Part shown: piece after piece, positions 1-10,383 of the stretch
Position numbering within the stretch: the first letter of the stretch is position 1
Layout of the letters: each line of letters starts with the position of its first letter
Origin: a virus
Strand: one strand, 5' to 3'
IMG/VR virus record: IMGVR_UViG_3300028030_000005
Coordinates: 1-64,000 of that record
Length of the DNA: 64,000 bases
Made by a program: the position numbers and the translations under genes
Notes under the pieces: model-generated
What the model was told of the DNA's origin: nothing
The model's input: only the letters and a program-made list of their open reading frames with translations
Databases searched by the model: none

Positions 1-157
1 AATTTATCGTCTTTACTCTACCAAAATGTGTACAGGTTTCTGGATGACATCCACAAGGTATTTGTTTATCGGCACTAACCTTTAAACATAAAACACCATT
101 TTTCATAACTACGATGCCAATGTCGTTTGTATTTATATTATCTCTACATTCACTCAT
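1..157 (-). CDS. Hypothetical Cys-rich protein, truncated at the window edge
   Basis: ATG at 157; reads MSECRDNINTNDIG...PCGCHPETCTH and stays open to position 1. Read by hand. Confidence 0.5.
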   Translation of the reverse strand, partial: MSECRDNINTNDIGIVVMKNGVLCLKVSADKQIPCGCHPETCTHFGRVKTIN

Positions 158-170
158 TTTAAAAAATTTA

Positions 171-557
171 TTAATTATTTTTAATTACGTTAAGTAACTT
201 CAATTCAATAAATAGCGGCATTTGGTCAACTTTGTCTGTGATTACTTTTGTATGCACTACTCGTTCAAAATAATCACTGTCAGCCAATTTAACCACAAAT
301 CCGTCAATATACTTAGCTGCTATGTGTTTAATATCAATATATTGACCTTTCTCAACATCGTACAACGGTCCGAGTCCATTCTGCATTGAGATTAATGATG
401 TGAGTGTTTCGTCATCAATGGGTTCTATTTGTCTATATTGAACGACACCTATCTCTCCAACATCAACAGACGTTACCATCAAATCTACGTCAACAAATTT
501 CTTGTGAAGTTTGAGATAAATCTTTCTTAAAATTTTGTTATACAGTCTTTTTACCAT
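171..557 (-). CDS. Hypothetical protein (128 aa)
   Basis: ORF track; co-oriented and tightly packed with its neighbours. Confidence 0.6.
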   Translation of the reverse strand: MVKRLYNKILRKIYLKLHKKFVDVDLMVTSVDVGEIGVVQYRQIEPIDDETLTSLISMQNGLGPLYDVEKGQYIDIKHIAAKYIDGFVVKLADSDYFERVVHTKVITDKVDQMPLFIELKLLNVIKNN

Positions 558-823
558 AGTGCTATTAGTTTTTGTTTATACCACATAGTGGTAACTTCGT
601 AGTGTTTATCTGTTAGTTTTAACAATGACTCAGCGACGTCAAGTTTTATCTGTTGCTGAGTCACTTGATGTGTTTTGGATAATGAATTTAGTACAAATAG
701 TAGGGTGTCGAATTCTGGGGACGATATTTTTCGTCCTGTTATCTGTTGAAGTATTTGAATCGTTGTTGACAGGTCTATCAACATACGACTCCTTAGTTGT
801 AGATATTGTTTTCTCGGTAACAT
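551..823 (-). CDS. Hypothetical protein (90 aa)
   Basis: ORF track; starts where the lysozyme-like domain of the upstream gene ends and overlaps that gene's tail. Confidence 0.5.
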   Translation of the reverse strand: MLPRKQYLQLRSRMLIDLSTTIQILQQITGRKISSPEFDTLLFVLNSLSKTHQVTQQQIKLDVAESLLKLTDKHYEVTTMWYKQKLIALW

Positions 824-1223
824 ATTGACGATACTTTAACCAGTACTTTTTAGTAGAATCGATACGGTAACCTACATAGATACCTCCATTCCACATTCGT
901 ACAATATGTTGAATATCAGGATTTTTTGAATACTTTTTCTGATATCTATCGATTCCCATCTTAATGTACAGATGAAATACTTCTATTGCACAGACAGAAT
1001 CAAACATTTCCTCGTGTACATACGTCGTTTTGTAGTAACGATTGACATCATCAACAACTTCCTTGTGAATTTGCAGAAGTCCATATGCCTTGCCATTATC
1101 TCCGATTGCGTTGGAATTAAAATTGCTCTCTATTTTTGCAATACCAACGACTATACTATCGAGATTAAATGCTGCTGACGTGAGTGTTGTCAGCAGCAAA
1201 ATTGTTGTTATTATTCTTTTCAC
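639..1223 (-). CDS. Secreted lysozyme-fold / SLT-like lytic transglycosylase
   Basis: Signal-peptide-like N-terminus MKRIITTILLLTTLTSAA; catalytic IAKIES motif, GDNGKAYGLLQIH, MWNGG and TKKYW. Confidence 0.75.
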   Translation of the reverse strand: MKRIITTILLLTTLTSAAFNLDSIVVGIAKIESNFNSNAIGDNGKAYGLLQIHKEVVDDVNRYYKTTYVHEEMFDSVCAIEVFHLYIKMGIDRYQKKYSKNPDIQHIVRMWNGGIYVGYRIDSTKKYWLKYRQYVTEKTISTTKESYVDRPVNNDSNTSTDNRTKNIVPRIRHPTICTKFIIQNTSSDSATDKT

Positions 1224-2011
1224 TGTGCTAATTTTAATGTTTGTCCATTTTTAATCGCTTTCGATAATTTTGTCGATTTTCCGGTAGCATATCCTTTCGC
1301 ATAGGCATCTTGATTGCTACCTATTTTCACTTTTGTTTTGGATTGAGACAAGTTTTTATACTTATCACTAAGATAATTTTCAATCGCCAAATTCGTGTTG
1401 GTAACTACTAATGCAAATTTATTATCTGTTTGAGCAGATTGTTGTTGCATTTGTTTCTTTTGTTCGGAAAGTTGCTTATTCAAACCGAGTACTGCTCCTT
1501 TCAAAAATGCACGAATCCACGGCATTCTATATGGAAGAACCTTCGCTTTTGACATCTCTAAGTCAGTCATATAAGGATATTCAGCTTTGGTTTGTTTTCT
1601 CATCGTGTTGTACGCGTTTTTACTCGCTTTTCTAAAGATGTTACGCGCTACTTCGAACTGATAAATCACAATTTCAACGTTTTCTGCCTTACCGACTACA
1701 CTAATAGTACCTCCTTTGATTCCGCTAATAGTGTGGTTTATACTTTGACAGAAGTTGTGATTCGCGATTACTGACATTAACATCGTTTCCCAGTTACCTT
1801 CCTCTTTAACCACTCCAAATTCGATACCTTCGGTTTCAGATATGTCTTTTTGGATAGCGCCTACACTAACATCTGTCATAGATAGATTGTGTTTGGCGAG
1901 TAGTCTGTTGGCGTGTTTAAGAGCCAATTCTGCTTCTGCACTTGAAGCTGCACTGTCGTTTGCTAATGCTAACAGTTTTGTAATTCTTTCGATAATGTTT
2001 TGATGTGTCAT
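1220..2011 (-). CDS. DUF2786-domain protein
   Basis: N-terminal IIERITKLLALA...AEAELALKHANRLLAKHNLS signature; C-terminal AYAKGYATG. Confidence 0.8.
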   Translation of the reverse strand: MTHQNIIERITKLLALANDSAASSAEAELALKHANRLLAKHNLSMTDVSVGAIQKDISETEGIEFGVVKEEGNWETMLMSVIANHNFCQSINHTISGIKGGTISVVGKAENVEIVIYQFEVARNIFRKASKNAYNTMRKQTKAEYPYMTDLEMSKAKVLPYRMPWIRAFLKGAVLGLNKQLSEQKKQMQQQSAQTDNKFALVVTNTNLAIENYLSDKYKNLSQSKTKVKIGSNQDAYAKGYATGKSTKLSKAIKNGQTLKLAQ

Positions 2012-2027
2012 AGGTCTCTATTTTTAT

Positions 2028-2074
2028 GATTTCTACAATGTAAAGATACTCAATAGATATCTTTTAGACAACAG
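2028..2074 (-). promoter_or_regulatory. 47-bp phage promoter/operator repeat, copy 1
   Basis: Minus strand GTTG-N20-TATCTTTA-N4-GTAGAAATC, with an internal inverted repeat AAAGATA-N9-TATCTTT; lies just upstream of the ATG at 2011. Confidence 0.8.
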
Positions 2075-2121
2075 ATAAGCAATATATTTTCTCTTATCGG
2101 GGGTGTTAGTACTGTCATATA

Positions 2122-2979
2122 TTAAGACAATGGGGTTATAAGGTTCGGTAATCTGCGGTATAGGACACCATCACGTTGAAAATGATTGTGAGCTATTTTT
2201 TTGAATGATTCGAAATCAATAGATAAAGATATAGGAACGATTCTCTGTTTAACATCTATTAATTTAATCGATTTTAACCGCTGAACAATGTTATGAGCAG
2301 ATGATGTGTTAGATAATCCAAATAAATTCATTATACCATATAAAGACAGTGTAATATCTGGATTTACTAATTGATGTTTCTGCTTTTGATTAAATTCATC
2401 GTATTTTGAACTTTCAATAGTTTCATCATATAAACGAATCGTTTGCACGTTATTGCGAAATTGATTTTTTAAAGCTGCTTTTTTTGCAGAGAGTATCACG
2501 GTACGCGAGATTGCGGCGTGCCGATAACGTTTATCTTTGATAATTTTATTGAATGCTGCGTGTGTTTGTTTATTGAGATTGTCTCGTAAATCTACATAAG
2601 CAATCCACTCTTTGATGTTATTGAAAGTAGATTTTGAAACTGTTATTTTATGAATTTTAAAACTGCCAAATCGTTTTCTGCCGTTACGACCAGTAGTTAC
2701 AGACATATCATATTGTAGTAGTGTCCATAGTTTATCATAAGAAATAAGTTGATATCCGTTTCGATGCTTTTTCATCAGTCCTACAGATATCAACTTGTTT
2801 ATTCTACGCCACAATGTTGAAGTTGAAATGTTTAATGTTGTTGTTTGCTGAGAAACTTGACCTGATTTAAAAAATCCGTGGTCATTAAGTGCTTTGAATT
2901 GATAGTACCAAACAACTTCGTTTAGTATATTCAAATCTTTTGCATTTCGGTAAGTTTTCTCAGCAATCTTTATTGTCAT
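2122..2979 (-). CDS. Putative DNA-binding protein with two winged-HTH-like segments (regulator or origin-binding)
   Basis: LNISTSTLWRRINKLISVGLM and SLYGIMNLFGLSNTSSAHNIVQRLKSIKLI both resemble HTH motifs. Confidence 0.55.
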   Translation of the reverse strand: MTIKIAEKTYRNAKDLNILNEVVWYYQFKALNDHGFFKSGQVSQQTTTLNISTSTLWRRINKLISVGLMKKHRNGYQLISYDKLWTLLQYDMSVTTGRNGRKRFGSFKIHKITVSKSTFNNIKEWIAYVDLRDNLNKQTHAAFNKIIKDKRYRHAAISRTVILSAKKAALKNQFRNNVQTIRLYDETIESSKYDEFNQKQKHQLVNPDITLSLYGIMNLFGLSNTSSAHNIVQRLKSIKLIDVKQRIVPISLSIDFESFKKIAHNHFQRDGVLYRRLPNLITPLS

Positions 2980-3209
2980 AACTGTCGTAAAATGTAGAGC
3001 AATCCTTGAGTAAAAATTAGTTCATCAAATTCTGATTTGTTTATCGGTGGCATTATCTCTTTTATAATAGCATCAACATAACCTTGCATATATACGATTG
3101 ATTCTTTTATATGCTGTTTGGTAATTCTGTCGTATGCTTCGGGATAAACCACTCTCTTTGATGAGAGAAATTTACGAAATTTTTTACGATTTATAGAATA
3201 CTTATCCAT
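2976..3209 (-). CDS. Hypothetical protein (77 aa)
   Basis: ORF track; start and stop codons overlap those of neighbours. Confidence 0.6.
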   Translation of the reverse strand: MDKYSINRKKFRKFLSSKRVVYPEAYDRITKQHIKESIVYMQGYVDAIIKEIMPPINKSEFDELIFTQGLLYILRQL

Positions 3210-3492
3210 TCGCTAAATATTTTACATAAGCAGTGTTCTTATGAAATTGACGACGGCGTTGTTTCATTACAGATATCTTATCAACCAACTCACGTTGACG
3301 AAGTTTGTCCAGTCCAAAAGTATTCGGCTGATTTTCGATGATACTGGTAACGTTTTTACCGATTAACGATATCTCGGTAATTACATCGTCTGGAATTTGA
3401 AAGTCTGTGTAAATGTAGTAGGTGTTATCGATATACACTACATTATATCCTAAATCATTGATGATTTCAATAAAACTTACATTTGATGTCAT
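3202..3492 (-). CDS. Hypothetical protein (96 aa)
   Basis: ORF track; translationally coupled. Confidence 0.6.
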   Translation of the reverse strand: MTSNVSFIEIINDLGYNVVYIDNTYYIYTDFQIPDDVITEISLIGKNVTSIIENQPNTFGLDKLRQRELVDKISVMKQRRRQFHKNTAYVKYLANG

Positions 3493-3791
3493 TATAGTTT
3501 GTTTTTTAATTCTTGTTTTGTTCGTTGTTTTTTCAAAGCTACTTGTTCAACAGTACGAGCGTGTTTCTTTGAGATTTCCGCGATTTTTTTTGCAGTTTCT
3601 ACAACTACAGTATGTTTGTCCGAAAACACTTGAATTGACGAAGGTATTGTACTGATTTTCGTTAAAACAATGCCGCACTCATCTTTTAGAATGTTGCCGT
3701 CTAAATCTGTGTAGATTACTTCGCCGTTAACAACCTTTGTTTTGAATTGTGTTATGTTAACGATTTTATCTGTGCTTGTTTTGAATTGCAT
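3492..3791 (-). CDS. Hypothetical protein (99 aa)
   Basis: ORF track; translationally coupled. Confidence 0.6.
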   Translation of the reverse strand: MQFKTSTDKIVNITQFKTKVVNGEVIYTDLDGNILKDECGIVLTKISTIPSSIQVFSDKHTVVVETAKKIAEISKKHARTVEQVALKKQRTKQELKNKL

Positions 3792-3794
3792 AGT

Positions 3795-4283
3795 TTATAG
3801 TGTTTTTGATGCGTAGTATGCGATTAGTGCAGCATCTACTAATCCATCGTGAGCATTTCGAGCTCGCGAACTTGATAAGAAGCTTTCAGTCGGAAATAGT
3901 CGCTTTGCTGCGATTAAGCTGGTTTGTTTGGTTGTTTTTTGTTTTGTCACTCCTTGCCACGCTACTTTTTGCCACGCTTTCGCATTGACCAGTGCATATG
4001 GGATTTCCAATCCTTCGACCAATCCTTGTAAAATTCCCTTACCAAATCCAAAAGAGAAATTACTACTGTTACCAATGTTTTTGCCTTGAATTGCGTGTAC
4101 ATTCTCAATCGCAACGAATGCATTTGAATACGATGTTAAAATCTGTTTCAGTGCTTGAATATCATATTCTTTACCTACCATAGGCATCACATACTTTGCA
4201 ATGATTTTGTTATTACTTATAACGACAATCCCCCCTTTCTTTCCAGGGTCAATTCCTATATATTCAATACTAATCGATACCAT
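3795..4283 (-). CDS. ruvC: RuvC-like Holliday junction resolvase
   Basis: YIGIDPG, VAIENV, FSFG, WQK and HDGLVDAALIA motifs. Confidence 0.85.
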   Translation of the reverse strand: MVSISIEYIGIDPGKKGGIVVISNNKIIAKYVMPMVGKEYDIQALKQILTSYSNAFVAIENVHAIQGKNIGNSSNFSFGFGKGILQGLVEGLEIPYALVNAKAWQKVAWQGVTKQKTTKQTSLIAAKRLFPTESFLSSSRARNAHDGLVDAALIAYYASKTL

Positions 4284-4536
4284 AATCTAATTCTGTGTCA
4301 TTTTGTTGTTTAACATCCCACAATTCCTCGTGTAATGCAATTGATTCTAATATTTCTTGATGGTTCCACTTTTCGTGAGCTCTTTCTGTTATCTTAATCT
4401 TACCCGGAGTTCGTCCACGCAATGTTATGCTGTCCATTATGCGAATACATTGATAATCTGGATATCTTTGCTGTTCGTCGAGAAATTCCTGTGAATCTGC
4501 ACAATGTATATATAAAAACGGCTTCTGTTTTGTCAT
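4270..4536 (-). CDS. Hypothetical protein (88 aa)
   Basis: ORF track; coupled to its neighbours. Confidence 0.55.
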   Translation of the reverse strand: MTKQKPFLYIHCADSQEFLDEQQRYPDYQCIRIMDSITLRGRTPGKIKITERAHEKWNHQEILESIALHEELWDVKQQNDTELDYGID

Positions 4537-6422
4537 ATTATTGTTGATTTTGCATTTTTCTTTTCGACAGTGATAATATACGGATAATTTTTATTAAAAC
4601 TTCCGTGCGTTACGGCCAGTATAGTTTGGTTGAGTTTGTTGAGCAAGTCCATCATTTTAACGACACCAAGTTCGTCAGACGACTCAATGATTTCGTCTAA
4701 AAACAACAAATCTAATCCAATTGATGCGTTGCGATTGATAAGTTGTTGTAGGGCTAATATGGTAGCAACCTTAATCCTTGTTCGCTCTCCTGACGAATAT
4801 CGTGCATACATTCCTTCAACTAATCCATTTCTCAACACTTTGACACTGATATTCTCGCGAATCTTGCCAGTTTTAGTGATTTTATATCCATCAAATTGAA
4901 TTGTTATATTAGAACCAAATTGTTGCAGGTATTCATTGACGTATGCTTGAATCACTGCTATCGCCTTGTTGGATAGGTGTGTTTTGAATCGCGTAACTAT
5001 TGTATTCCATTGATTGGCATCAAATAGTTTCTGTTCAACAACTTGCTTTTGTGTTTGCAATTCTCCTAACTCCTTTGTTAGATTGTCGATGTTCTGTTGA
5101 TATTCAGCCGTTTTGTCTTGAATTACTTGTGTTTGTAAATTGACCAGCGAAGTTTCGGTTTGTCTAATCTGGTCGGTTAGTGATTTAATTGCATTGTCAG
5201 CACGAGTAATTTGCTGTTCAATTGTATTGTATTGACTACGTAATCGCATTCGTTTTTCGTGATTGCTTTGCTGTAATTGCCGTTGTTTACGAATTTGTTG
5301 TTCGATATTATCTATCTCAGAATGTACACGTCCTATATCAGCATCAATCTCTGCAATAACAGAAATGAATTCAGATTGACTGTCTTTCGCAGCTATCAAA
5401 TCAAAACTATCGTCCGTAACACTGAATTCGTGACCACATTTTGGACAAGTTGTCGTTCCTTGTAACGCCACTTCAATTTCGGCTTGTAATTTTTGAATTT
5501 CAGAGCGCTCGATTTTCCATTGATTTATTTGAGCTTCGAGTTTCTCGATTTCTGATTGCAATTTCGATTGCTGAGAATTATCAACTTTTGGTAGTGATAT
5601 TAACTCTTTTTCCAGTTGTTTTAATTGAGATTGAAAATTGACAATGTCGTTTTTGAATGCACTGATTTGCTTGTTGTAACTGGCGATATTTGTTTTTAGT
5701 ACTAATTTTCGACGCTCAACTTCTTGTTTTATCTCGTTCAAATCAAAATTATTGATTTCATCTTTATAAACATCAATTTTGCTTTGTGTAGATGTCATTT
5801 GATGCTCAATAGAGTGCAAATCAGCATTGTTTTTATCAATTCTTTGTTGAATCAAATCATATGCAGGGTCAACCAAATCAGCTTGACTAAATCGACTTAT
5901 TACCTGTTTTTTCTCTGTATCGCTCATCGCGAGAAACGACTTGAACTTTTCCTTACTAACAAGATAATAGTTTAGCAAGTCTGACCGACTAATGCCTATA
6001 TGATTCAATATCCAGGCATTTCCTTGCTTAACATCAATTTTACCAGCAGAATTCACTTGTAATGTTGGTGGTATCTTTTTATTCAATTCAATATATAATT
6101 CTGCTGATTTAGTGTTTGACCATACAACTCGTCTTATGTATAGTATATCGTTTTTTGATTTCAGCGTCAATTCAATATCCATTGATTTAGCGTCGTCTTG
6201 TACCAAATCTTTGACACTGACTCCGCGCAAAGGACTTCCAGTCAATGCAATTGCAATTGCTTCAAGTAGTGCTGATTTACCGCTCCCATTACTTTGCTGA
6301 CCATCATCAGTTAGATTACGACCTTGCACCATTACGGCGTGTTTGTTGTCAAATTGATAACTTTGGTCGTCAAATGACATCAATCTTTGTATGCGTAGGT
6401 TCGTAGGTTTATACATTTTCAA
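4533..6422 (-). CDS. sbcC: SbcC/Rad50 (T4 gp46-like) ATPase
   Basis: Walker A NGSGKS, coiled coils with a CPKC zinc hook, YSSGE signature, LLFLDE Walker B, VTH. Confidence 0.92.
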   Translation of the reverse strand: MKMYKPTNLRIQRLMSFDDQSYQFDNKHAVMVQGRNLTDDGQQSNGSGKSALLEAIAIALTGSPLRGVSVKDLVQDDAKSMDIELTLKSKNDILYIRRVVWSNTKSAELYIELNKKIPPTLQVNSAGKIDVKQGNAWILNHIGISRSDLLNYYLVSKEKFKSFLAMSDTEKKQVISRFSQADLVDPAYDLIQQRIDKNNADLHSIEHQMTSTQSKIDVYKDEINNFDLNEIKQEVERRKLVLKTNIASYNKQISAFKNDIVNFQSQLKQLEKELISLPKVDNSQQSKLQSEIEKLEAQINQWKIERSEIQKLQAEIEVALQGTTTCPKCGHEFSVTDDSFDLIAAKDSQSEFISVIAEIDADIGRVHSEIDNIEQQIRKQRQLQQSNHEKRMRLRSQYNTIEQQITRADNAIKSLTDQIRQTETSLVNLQTQVIQDKTAEYQQNIDNLTKELGELQTQKQVVEQKLFDANQWNTIVTRFKTHLSNKAIAVIQAYVNEYLQQFGSNITIQFDGYKITKTGKIRENISVKVLRNGLVEGMYARYSSGERTRIKVATILALQQLINRNASIGLDLLFLDEIIESSDELGVVKMMDLLNKLNQTILAVTHGSFNKNYPYIITVEKKNAKSTII

Positions 6423-7368
6423 GTATTTTTTGAGTTAGTTCGTCGGATAATTCCGGGTTATCTTGCAATAATTGGATGACTGACACTCTTCCTTGTCCGA
6501 GTTTAGTATCTTTATAACTAAACCAACTTCCTGCTTTTTCTATAATATCGAGCTCAACCGCCAAATCGAGTATCTCTTTTTCTCGAATAAATCCTTTGCC
6601 GTACTCGATATATCCATCGACAACTTGATAAGGTCGTCCGGTTTTGTTTTTTACAATTTTGATTTTGACATCATTGCCAACAACAGTTTTCCCATCTTTA
6701 ATCTGTGTTGACCTACGAACATCTAATCTAACAGATGCTGCAAATTTTAACGCATTTCCTCCTGAAGTCGTTTCGGGATTGCCAAACATTACGCCAATTT
6801 TCATACGAATCTGATTAATAAATATAATTGTGGTTCCTGATTTACTCGCAGCACTCGGTAATTTTCGCATCGCCTGACTCATCAAACGCGCTTGTTTACC
6901 GACAGAAGCGTCGCCCATCTCTCCTTCCAACTCTGATTTTGGCACTAATGCACTCACACTATCAATAACAATGATATCAACTTCTTTTGACCGTGCCAAC
7001 ATATCAGCTATTTCCAATGCTTGTTCTCCATAATCTGGCTGAGAAACGATAAGTGCGTCAGTGTCGATACCGAGTGCTTCGGCATATTCTAAGTCTAATG
7101 CGTGTTCTGCATCAATAAAAGCGGCATTTCCTCCATTTCTTTGTATCTCAGCAATTGAGTGAAGTGCCAATGTTGTTTTGCCTGATGACTCAGGTCCATA
7201 GATTTCGATGATTCGTCCACGCGGATATCCTCCTTTCAATGTCATATCGAGTTTCAAACTTCCTGTACTTATCCGCTCAATCTCCATTGCATCTAAGTCC
7301 TTAACACGATTGATTGTGTTTTTACCATAGGTTTTATTGATTTTTTCTAAAATTGTAGATAATGCCAT
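6409..7368 (-). CDS. recA: RecA recombinase
   Basis: [29 protein letters not shown] and [15 protein letters not shown]. Confidence 0.98.
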   Translation of the reverse strand: MALSTILEKINKTYGKNTINRVKDLDAMEIERISTGSLKLDMTLKGGYPRGRIIEIYGPESSGKTTLALHSIAEIQRNGGNAAFIDAEHALDLEYAEALGIDTDALIVSQPDYGEQALEIADMLARSKEVDIIVIDSVSALVPKSELEGEMGDASVGKQARLMSQAMRKLPSAASKSGTTIIFINQIRMKIGVMFGNPETTSGGNALKFAASVRLDVRRSTQIKDGKTVVGNDVKIKIVKNKTGRPYQVVDGYIEYGKGFIREKEILDLAVELDIIEKAGSWFSYKDTKLGQGRVSVIQLLQDNPELSDELTQKILENV

Positions 7369-8396
7369 TATAATACTTTTTTTAATAATTTTTCTCCAGT
7401 CTCTTTATCAATGTCAGGATTGTTGTCAGCAAATTCCTTCCATTCATCTAAAATCTTATTTCGGTCAAATCCGTCAAAATTTTGAGCTGATTGGTAGTCG
7501 ACGTGCACTTCAACATCTGTTTGTTCTATCTTAACATCAATTCCAACAGATTCGAATATGTGCTTATCTATCGATTTCACTTTTTCAGCTGAACCTTGAA
7601 ATTTGAACCGAATATTATCTTTTGAATTGGCATATTGAGCTGCAAGTGTTTGAACTTGCTTTATGTCAGTTTTATCCAGGTCAATTTTGACAGTTTTGTA
7701 GCGTTGAAAGTCCGGGATAAATAATTCGTGTGAACCATCATTGTAAAAAATAGTAAATCCTTTCAGGTCGTCCTCTCCGTAATTTCGTTGACGGATTGAA
7801 CCTACGTAGAATATATTGGTTCCTACTTGTTGTTTGTCGTGATAATGTCCAACGAGTACTTTAAAAAACGCATTAAAGTCTGTCGGGTCCAACACATCAT
7901 CTACAACAGAACCGTCGTTATTACGGACACCATCAACTGCTACGTGAGTGATTAAAACGTTGTCAGGATTATCCAACACACAAAGATTGAGATATTTAGA
8001 ATATGTCGTTTTTTCATCGAAAAACGGAACGAGATGAATGTTCCAATTATTGATATCTACTCGCGAATATCTATCAACTAATGTAAATCCAGGAACGTCT
8101 TTAAAGACATCGAGATAACTACTTTCGCTCTGATAATCGAGTTTGTCGTGATTGCCTGGAATTGCAATTATTCGTACTCCTGCGTCATTGGCATATTTTA
8201 ACACTGCTTTAAATGCGAGTAGTACTTCGAGATACTGAGATTTTCTACTGTTAAAGATATCGCCTGCAATAAATATAGTGCCAATGCCATCAACAACTGC
8301 TTTATCAACTGCTTGTATAACGACACTTTGTGTTTGTTCTAAATCTTGAATGTCGTAGTGTAGGTCTGTAATGACCATAAAAATTGAGTCCCTCAT
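7368..8396 (-). CDS. sbcD: SbcD/Mre11 (T4 gp47-like) metallophosphoesterase nuclease
   Basis: TDLH, AGDIF, PGNHD and GHYH motifs; adjacent to recA and sbcC. Confidence 0.9.
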   Translation of the reverse strand: MRDSIFMVITDLHYDIQDLEQTQSVVIQAVDKAVVDGIGTIFIAGDIFNSRKSQYLEVLLAFKAVLKYANDAGVRIIAIPGNHDKLDYQSESSYLDVFKDVPGFTLVDRYSRVDINNWNIHLVPFFDEKTTYSKYLNLCVLDNPDNVLITHVAVDGVRNNDGSVVDDVLDPTDFNAFFKVLVGHYHDKQQVGTNIFYVGSIRQRNYGEDDLKGFTIFYNDGSHELFIPDFQRYKTVKIDLDKTDIKQVQTLAAQYANSKDNIRFKFQGSAEKVKSIDKHIFESVGIDVKIEQTDVEVHVDYQSAQNFDGFDRNKILDEWKEFADNNPDIDKETGEKLLKKVL

Positions 8397-8413
8397 CTTT
8401 TGTATTTTTATAG

Positions 8414-8492
8414 GTCTCTCGACGAGATTCGAACTCGCATCTCTCAGTCACTTGCGTGGCTAAGCGCTTTACCTCATTAAGCTACGAGAGAC
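8414..8492 (-). tRNA. tRNA-like RNA (His-like G-1:C73 acceptor) with a non-canonical anticodon arm
   Basis: Minus strand folds as GTCTCTCG TA GCTT-AATGAGGTA-AAGC G CTTAG-CCACGCAAGTGA-CTGAG AGAT GCGAG-TTCGAAT-CTCGT CGAGAGAC. Intact D and T arms; 12-nt anticodon region; no encoded CCA. Confidence 0.75.
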
Positions 8493-8507
8493 TACCGGGT
8501 TATGGGA

Positions 8508-9803
8508 TTACTTTTTCACTTTATCGCGTAGGTTTCTTAAACGACTTCCGGCTGTAGTCGCTTTTTTACCTATATCAGAGCTGCCCGGAACGTTATTAGC
8601 AGCTTCCGATTCTGCAGCTTGTTTTTCTGCTTCCAACATTTCTAATTCCTCACTGATAAACTGTCGAACCATATCGACTGTGTATGAAGGTAGAATTCTG
8701 ATTGAAAGCTGTTTTTCTTTAATGTACGCTTTCAATTGTCGCATATTCATCTGGTCGATTGAAGGCTCGACATCAAACGGAAGGTCGTTGTCGTCATCAA
8801 CAGGAGTGTCGTCTCTGTAATTATCTTGGTCGTCGTGATTGGTGGTAGTGTCGTTATCAGACTCATCGTCGTCTCCATAATACTCAGCAATTTGTTCAGC
8901 GATGTCTAAAAATTCATCGTGAGTAAATACTTCGTATCCTGACGAGAATCCAAATTGACGAAGCACTTCAGCTGACTCCTCATCGAATCGTTTTAGTCCT
9001 TCCATCGCCAACATAAAGTCACGATACTTATATACTCCAACATACATTGATTCTAATGAAGGTTGTTCTGACAACCATTCAAATTGTTCATCTGTTAGGG
9101 GAGTCGGTCCTTTCAAGTCAATCGCTACCTGATACTTTTTGCCCGGGTCTTTTTCGGATTTATTGTACGTTACAAGTACTTTACGTCCGTCATCGATTCC
9201 GGTGAAGGGGTCAACTGCGATTACTCCGTCATCGTCGTCCTGTCCGGCTGCAATTTCATTCAGTTTGTTTTTCACACTGGTAGGTAATTCAACTCGTCCA
9301 TTGGTTCCGTTCAGATTTCCATAAATGATGTAACGTGTTTGCGCTTTGATTCCGGGATGAAATCGTCCGTTTTCTTTCCAACCTTCGATTGGTCGTAAGT
9401 ACTTTTTGCGAGTATCATCATCTTGAATTTCATCGTACGCTTTTTTGTACACAAAGTTGATATACTCATCAATGATGTCTTTTTCAGTATTCCCGTGAAT
9501 ACGGCTATTGAAAATCGGTTTTTTCCCAATTTTTTGATTGCCGTTGTCATCTTTAACGGGATTGCCGTCTTTGTCAGTATAAGCCACTTTCAAAAAGTGA
9601 ACTGACCGTGGATATGCCCACATTCGTGTTCCAGGATGTTTTGGAAAGATTCTGAGTTTGTTTTTTGACCCATCTTTCTTTAACTCTAACACTTTTGCTC
9701 TGTCAGAATTTCCGGTTCTAATCTTAGATTCAACTTCCTCTTGTTGTTCTTTTAATACATCGACCTTAGTTGCTTTAAATTGGTCACGTCTGAACTTTGC
9801 CAT
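8508..9803 (-). CDS. Single-stranded DNA-binding protein, T4 gp32-like
   Basis: KNKLRIFP, DPFTGIDDGRKVLVTYNK...KYQV pattern; acidic DDDNDLPF tail; position in the recombination module. Confidence 0.7.
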   Translation of the reverse strand: MAKFRRDQFKATKVDVLKEQQEEVESKIRTGNSDRAKVLELKKDGSKNKLRIFPKHPGTRMWAYPRSVHFLKVAYTDKDGNPVKDDNGNQKIGKKPIFNSRIHGNTEKDIIDEYINFVYKKAYDEIQDDDTRKKYLRPIEGWKENGRFHPGIKAQTRYIIYGNLNGTNGRVELPTSVKNKLNEIAAGQDDDDGVIAVDPFTGIDDGRKVLVTYNKSEKDPGKKYQVAIDLKGPTPLTDEQFEWLSEQPSLESMYVGVYKYRDFMLAMEGLKRFDEESAEVLRQFGFSSGYEVFTHDEFLDIAEQIAEYYGDDDESDNDTTTNHDDQDNYRDDTPVDDDNDLPFDVEPSIDQMNMRQLKAYIKEKQLSIRILPSYTVDMVRQFISEELEMLEAEKQAAESEAANNVPGSSDIGKKATTAGSRLRNLRDKVKK

Positions 9804-9822
9804 AATTTAATTGTTTTTATGA

Positions 9823-10383
9823 TTATTGTTTAATAAGTTTTTCTTTAACACGGATTAAAATTCCGTTAAATTTTCCTTCAACAAGCTCTTTTTCGAGCTC
9901 CTCAGGATGAAAGGATAAATTGTCTGATATTTTATTGAGTTTTTGTTCCTTTGATTTAACAGCCCAATAAATTGCATCCATCACATCTGCTTCTTTTTTC
10001 AATCTTAACAACTTACGATAGTGTAGCTGTACTTGTCGATTTAATGTGATTTCTTCCTCTACTTCAGGATTTGATTTCGCTTTTGAAACCATTTCTCCTT
10101 TTGAATTTGGCACTAACTTAAATTTTTTACGAGCCTTTCGAGCAACTTCAGCTTTAAATACCTCGTAATCGAGTTTGAATTCAGCGTATGCGTTCTCTGC
10201 TTCCGCTTTCCATAACCCCACTCTATTCATAAGAGCGGGGATGGTAATGATTTCAGCGTGTAAATTCGTCCAATCGATAGATGTGAGCTGGTCAATATCA
10301 ATCTCGTCGTCAAAATCCTCAAAAAACAATGTGATGATATGGTCTTTAAACGAGATTTGAATTTTTTGCTTATTCTGCATCAT
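9823..10383 (-). CDS. UvsY-like recombination mediator
   Basis: Helical protein with IDxxNLxxE...AVKSKEQKL pattern; lies next to the SSB and RecA genes. Confidence 0.5.
   Translation of the reverse strand: MMQNKQKIQISFKDHIITLFFEDFDDEIDIDQLTSIDWTNLHAEIITIPALMNRVGLWKAEAENAYAEFKLDYEVFKAEVARKARKKFKLVPNSKGEMVSKAKSNPEVEEEITLNRQVQLHYRKLLRLKKEADVMDAIYWAVKSKEQKLNKISDNLSFHPEELEKELVEGKFNGILIRVKEKLIKQ

Noticed and set aside
8414-8492. A normal decoding tRNA-His or an intron-containing tRNA
   Set aside because: No 7-nt loop with U33 can be formed, and the 5 extra nt are far too short for a self-splicing intron.
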